Part shown: piece after piece, positions 61,385 through 64,000 of the stretch
Position numbering within the stretch: the first letter of the stretch is position 1
Layout: the number at the start of each line of letters is the position of its first letter
DNA from: Treponemataceae bacterium
GTDB lineage: Bacteria; Spirochaetota; Spirochaetia; Treponematales; Rectinemataceae
Length of the DNA: 64,000 bases
Direction of reading: 5' to 3'
Assembly (NCBI GenBank): GCA_963678065.2
Contig: CAXXVZ010000003.1
Location: 2,304,001-2,368,000, forward strand
Position numbers and translations under genes: made by a program
Notes under the pieces: generated by a model
Databases searched by the model: none
Told to the model about the DNA's origin: nothing
Seen by the model: only the letters and a program-made list of their open reading frames with translations

Positions 61385-62224
61385 ATGTATAAGATTGAGA
61401 ATTATTACAATAACCAATCAGCAATATGTAACGATTGTTTAAAAAGTATTTCAAATATAGATCTTAAAGAAAGATTTTCAAAAGCAATTCCAGCCATTAT
61501 AGAAAGTTCGTATGCTTACAAAGAAGAAGCAGAAAATAAAAGACTGTACAAATATAAAGCAAATAATCTTGAAGTAAATGGAATTAAAGGAGATGAATTA
61601 ATTTCATTATATAAACACAAAATGGTACCTCGTTCATCAACTGCAAGAATGCATTATGATCAAATAATGTTATCAGCAAATAATATGAAATGTCCTTATT
61701 GCGGTGTACGTACAGTAACTACCCTTGATCATTATCTTCCTAAAAGTGATTATCCTGATTTATCTATCTTAGCAATTAACCTTATTCCATGTTGTAAAGA
61801 CTGTAATTTTAATAAAAGAAGTAATATTCTTAGCGATATCTTACAAGCCTACTTGCATCCATACTTCGAAGATGTTTCCCAAGTGGATTGGTTGTCTGTT
61901 GAGGTTTATGAAGAAGATCCTATAATTTTAATATATAATATTGACAAAAAAGTAATTAGTGATACGATTCTATATGATCGTCTTATTTACGAGTTTAATG
62001 AGCTGCAGTTATTTAAGCTATACCAAGTATATGCAATAAATGAAATATCAGAGATGACTCATTATTTTAAAGAAATAAAAGAAAAGCAAGGAGCAAAAGT
62101 TCTTTCAAAGTATTTATTAGAAATTTCTAATAGTATCAAGCTTCAAAAGACACATTGGAGATATGCTTTGTATAAATCACTTAGTGATAGTAAATGGTTC
62201 TGTGAAATATATATAAAATCCTAA
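61385..62224 (+). CDS. HNH endonuclease (PtuB-like)
   Basis: CPYCG, TLDHYLPKS.YP, NLIPCC..CN..K, LHPYF; overlaps the ATPase stop. Confidence 0.85.
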   Translation: MYKIENYYNNQSAICNDCLKSISNIDLKERFSKAIPAIIESSYAYKEEAENKRLYKYKANNLEVNGIKGDELISLYKHKMVPRSSTARMHYDQIMLSANNMKCPYCGVRTVTTLDHYLPKSDYPDLSILAINLIPCCKDCNFNKRSNILSDILQAYLHPYFEDVSQVDWLSVEVYEEDPIILIYNIDKKVISDTILYDRLIYEFNELQLFKLYQVYAINEISEMTHYFKEIKEKQGAKVLSKYLLEISNSIKLQKTHWRYALYKSLSDSKWFCEIYIKS

Positions 62225-62342
62225 CAAATGCTTCAACCTTATAAATCCTTTGGCATGGTTTGTGCTGAACAACAATGCACAAACCACGCCAATCCCTCGC
62301 TTCGCTCAGGAACGGGCGTTAAGGGTCAAGCCAATGTTAGGC
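62219..62342 (+). repeat. attC site 3
   Basis: TCCTAAC...GCTTCAACC...GGTTTGTGC / GCACAAACC...GGTCAAGCCAATGTTAGGC, homologous to attC1 and attC2. Confidence 0.88.
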
Positions 62343-62372
62343 TGACGCTTCGCGCAAAATGAATAAATACTA

Positions 62373-63771
62373 GAGGCTTTTTCAAAACTTCGTAATCCGC
62401 TTTGTAAAAAAGCGAGTTATTGTAACTGAAGCTTCGTTTTTGCACAGTAAAAATTACATGTGCAGTAAAAAGGGCTCTCTTTTCAGTGCAAAAGATGGAC
62501 TACGCCTACAAAACCCGGTTCTGTCGGATTACCAGGTTACAATTTCTGCAGTTCGGGAAGGATGAAGTACTGCAAAGCCTTGATGGCCGCCAGAACCACT
62601 ACCCCGCACATGAGCAGGAATGATACTTTCTCAAATCCCCGTACAAATATCTGACCCGGTATGAGCCAATCCTTCAAATGCGAGTTTGCACGTTCAACCG
62701 TTGTCCTGATTGTGTACCGCTCCTTCTGTGACGGCGAAAATGGTTCCCGTTCCGTCCCACGACGCGTATTCCGATCAATCAATCAGCGGAACACGCCCAC
62801 GTCCCTGGATATAGGTCGCGATGGGATCCGCATCGTATGCAGCGTCCATGACTGAATACAGATGTCGGACCTTTTTCTCTGTCATCTTTTCCAGAGGAAT
62901 CGCTACTTGCGAATCATGAACATTGGCGCCGGTTACGACTGCTGAAATAGGGAATCCTGTATCGCTGACATCAAGGTGCAACTTGTATCCTTTCCATGTT
63001 TCCCTATTCCCCTGGCTGTTCTTCTTGCATCCCCATGCACAGTTTTTTGATAGTTCTGACAAGGATTTCCTGACGCTTTGGCCGACTTGCTTTTCTATCT
63101 GTGTCGGCTCCTTCACAGGCCGAACTTCTCCTTTTCGGGGACGACCTCGTTTCCGTTGCGGTGTCACGGAAGAAACAGCTTCACGTTTGGCAGGTACAGG
63201 TTTTTCTCGTGCTCGTATCTCCGTCGCATCCCGATTTATGTGTCCGACGATATGGCCGTCATGACAATCCTTCACCATGGTATTCAAAGTCTGAATCAGC
63301 GGAGTCTTTTTTGAAAACTCCGCGTAGCGACGCGAAAAGGTCGCAGAGCTTGGAACGGAGGTGAAGCCGCATATCCTCCGCAGATTCGGATCGTTGATCA
63401 GCCTGTTCCTAAGGTCCGTGACTGTCGCTATGTGGAATACCGTTCGGGCGAAAAACGCCCGCATGATCGGTTCGTTCCGATGTGGAGGACGGCCAGTCCG
63501 TGCACATGGTGATGTAATCCGTGGCTGAGCATCTTCAATGACTCTGAGCAGGGCGATAAAAAAGCGATGCTCGTCGGTGAGATATTCTTCGAAACATCGC
63601 TGGATATCGTAGGAAATCGGCAAAAGTATTTGCGCTCCGCCCAGTATTTCTGGTATGGTTTTCATCAGCGGGGGCTCCTCCTGGTGACGTTTGTGTTGCA
63701 ACATCATCATACAGGTTCTGTCCCCGCTTTTCATTAAAATTCGTTCATCTCATGACTTTTGAAAGAGCCTC
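62373..63771 (-). mobile_element. DDE insertion sequence (IS1182/IS5-like)
   Basis: IRs GAGGCTTTTTCAAAA / GAGGCTCTTTCAAAA around a transposase gene. Confidence 0.8.
62537..63665 (-). pseudogene. Frameshifted DDE transposase
   Basis: GRPP, PS.ATFSR, DAT, GYKLH, ANVHDS, DAAYD, R..VER.NS.LK; a 4-bp duplication (TCAATCAATCA near 62775) splits the ORF. Confidence 0.8.
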
Positions 63772-63856
63772 AGCAGAATTGTTAATGAAAAATGGAATGG
63801 AAGTACTTACTGAAGAAGAGAACTAAAGAGACTATATTTTTCTATAAGGGCTTACT

Positions 63857-64000
63857 ATGGGTATAGTAATAGCAATACTGGCTGGATTGACTGCGATGAC
63901 GGCAATAGCAGCAGGCTTTGATTATTTGGGAAAAAGATCAAAGGGAATATCAGGGGATTTAGAAAAGAAGGTAGTTGAACTAGAGAATCGGATAAGTATT
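63857..64000 (+). CDS. Hypothetical membrane-anchored protein, partial (next cassette)
   Basis: MGIVIAILAGLTAMTAIAAG...LEKKVVELENRISI, open to the window end. Confidence 0.45.
   Translation, partial: MGIVIAILAGLTAMTAIAAGFDYLGKRSKGISGDLEKKVVELENRISI

Larger units (their letters stand above)
58127..61392 (+). pseudogene. ABC/AAA-type ATPase (PtuA-like), interrupted by IS1634
   Basis: GRNGVGKT, LSSGH signature, LIDEPEAHLHP, IATHSP; removing the IS and one TSD rejoins WVLY-RSGTN in frame (510 aa). Confidence 0.85.
54247..62342 (+). mobile_element. Integron-type gene cassette array (continues to the right); no intI in the window
   Basis: Cassettes bounded by GTT cores complementary to downstream ..AAC inverse cores; AT-rich ORFs; three homologous attC sites. 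Confidence 0.85.

Noticed and set aside
58127..62224. Retron-associated PtuAB
   Set aside because: No reverse transcriptase or msr/msd region inside the cassette

Overview
Bacterial chromosomal window; gene style suggests a free-living spirochaete (inference). It has four parts. (1) 1-24.8 kb: a decayed metabolic island ending at tRNA-Pro(GGG), with ABC and tripartite tricarboxylate transporters, an opine dehydrogenase, serC, a split transketolase/garR/GH31 sugar cluster, an intact IS21 and several pseudogenes. (2) 24.9-36.5 kb: GC-rich core genes (TPR proteins, LysM lytic transglycosylase, M20 hydrolase, galE, tRNA-Phe, radical SAM). (3) 36.6-43.5 kb: a ~6.8 kb element integrated at tRNA-Val(GAC) between 50-bp direct repeats. 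It encodes an integrase, an excisionase-like HTH protein, a DUF3631-type replication protein and a lone phage major capsid protein, so it looks like a minimal capsid-encoding phage satellite; two homologous repeat arrays lie in its operon leaders. (4) 43.6-64 kb: an IS110/IS1111 element inserted in a short hairpin repeat, with target-matching segments in its non-coding end; a chaperone-usher operon; a MerR-methyltransferase fusion; a tRNA-Lys att remnant; and an AT-rich attC cassette array. In the array, a tyrosine recombinase + IS91-like HUH transposase unit sits exactly at an attC crossover point, has its own attC-like hairpin and is flanked by a duplicated cassette. An ATPase+HNH (Septu-like) defence cassette is split by an IS1634-type element. 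All calls come from reading the sequence; no searches were run.
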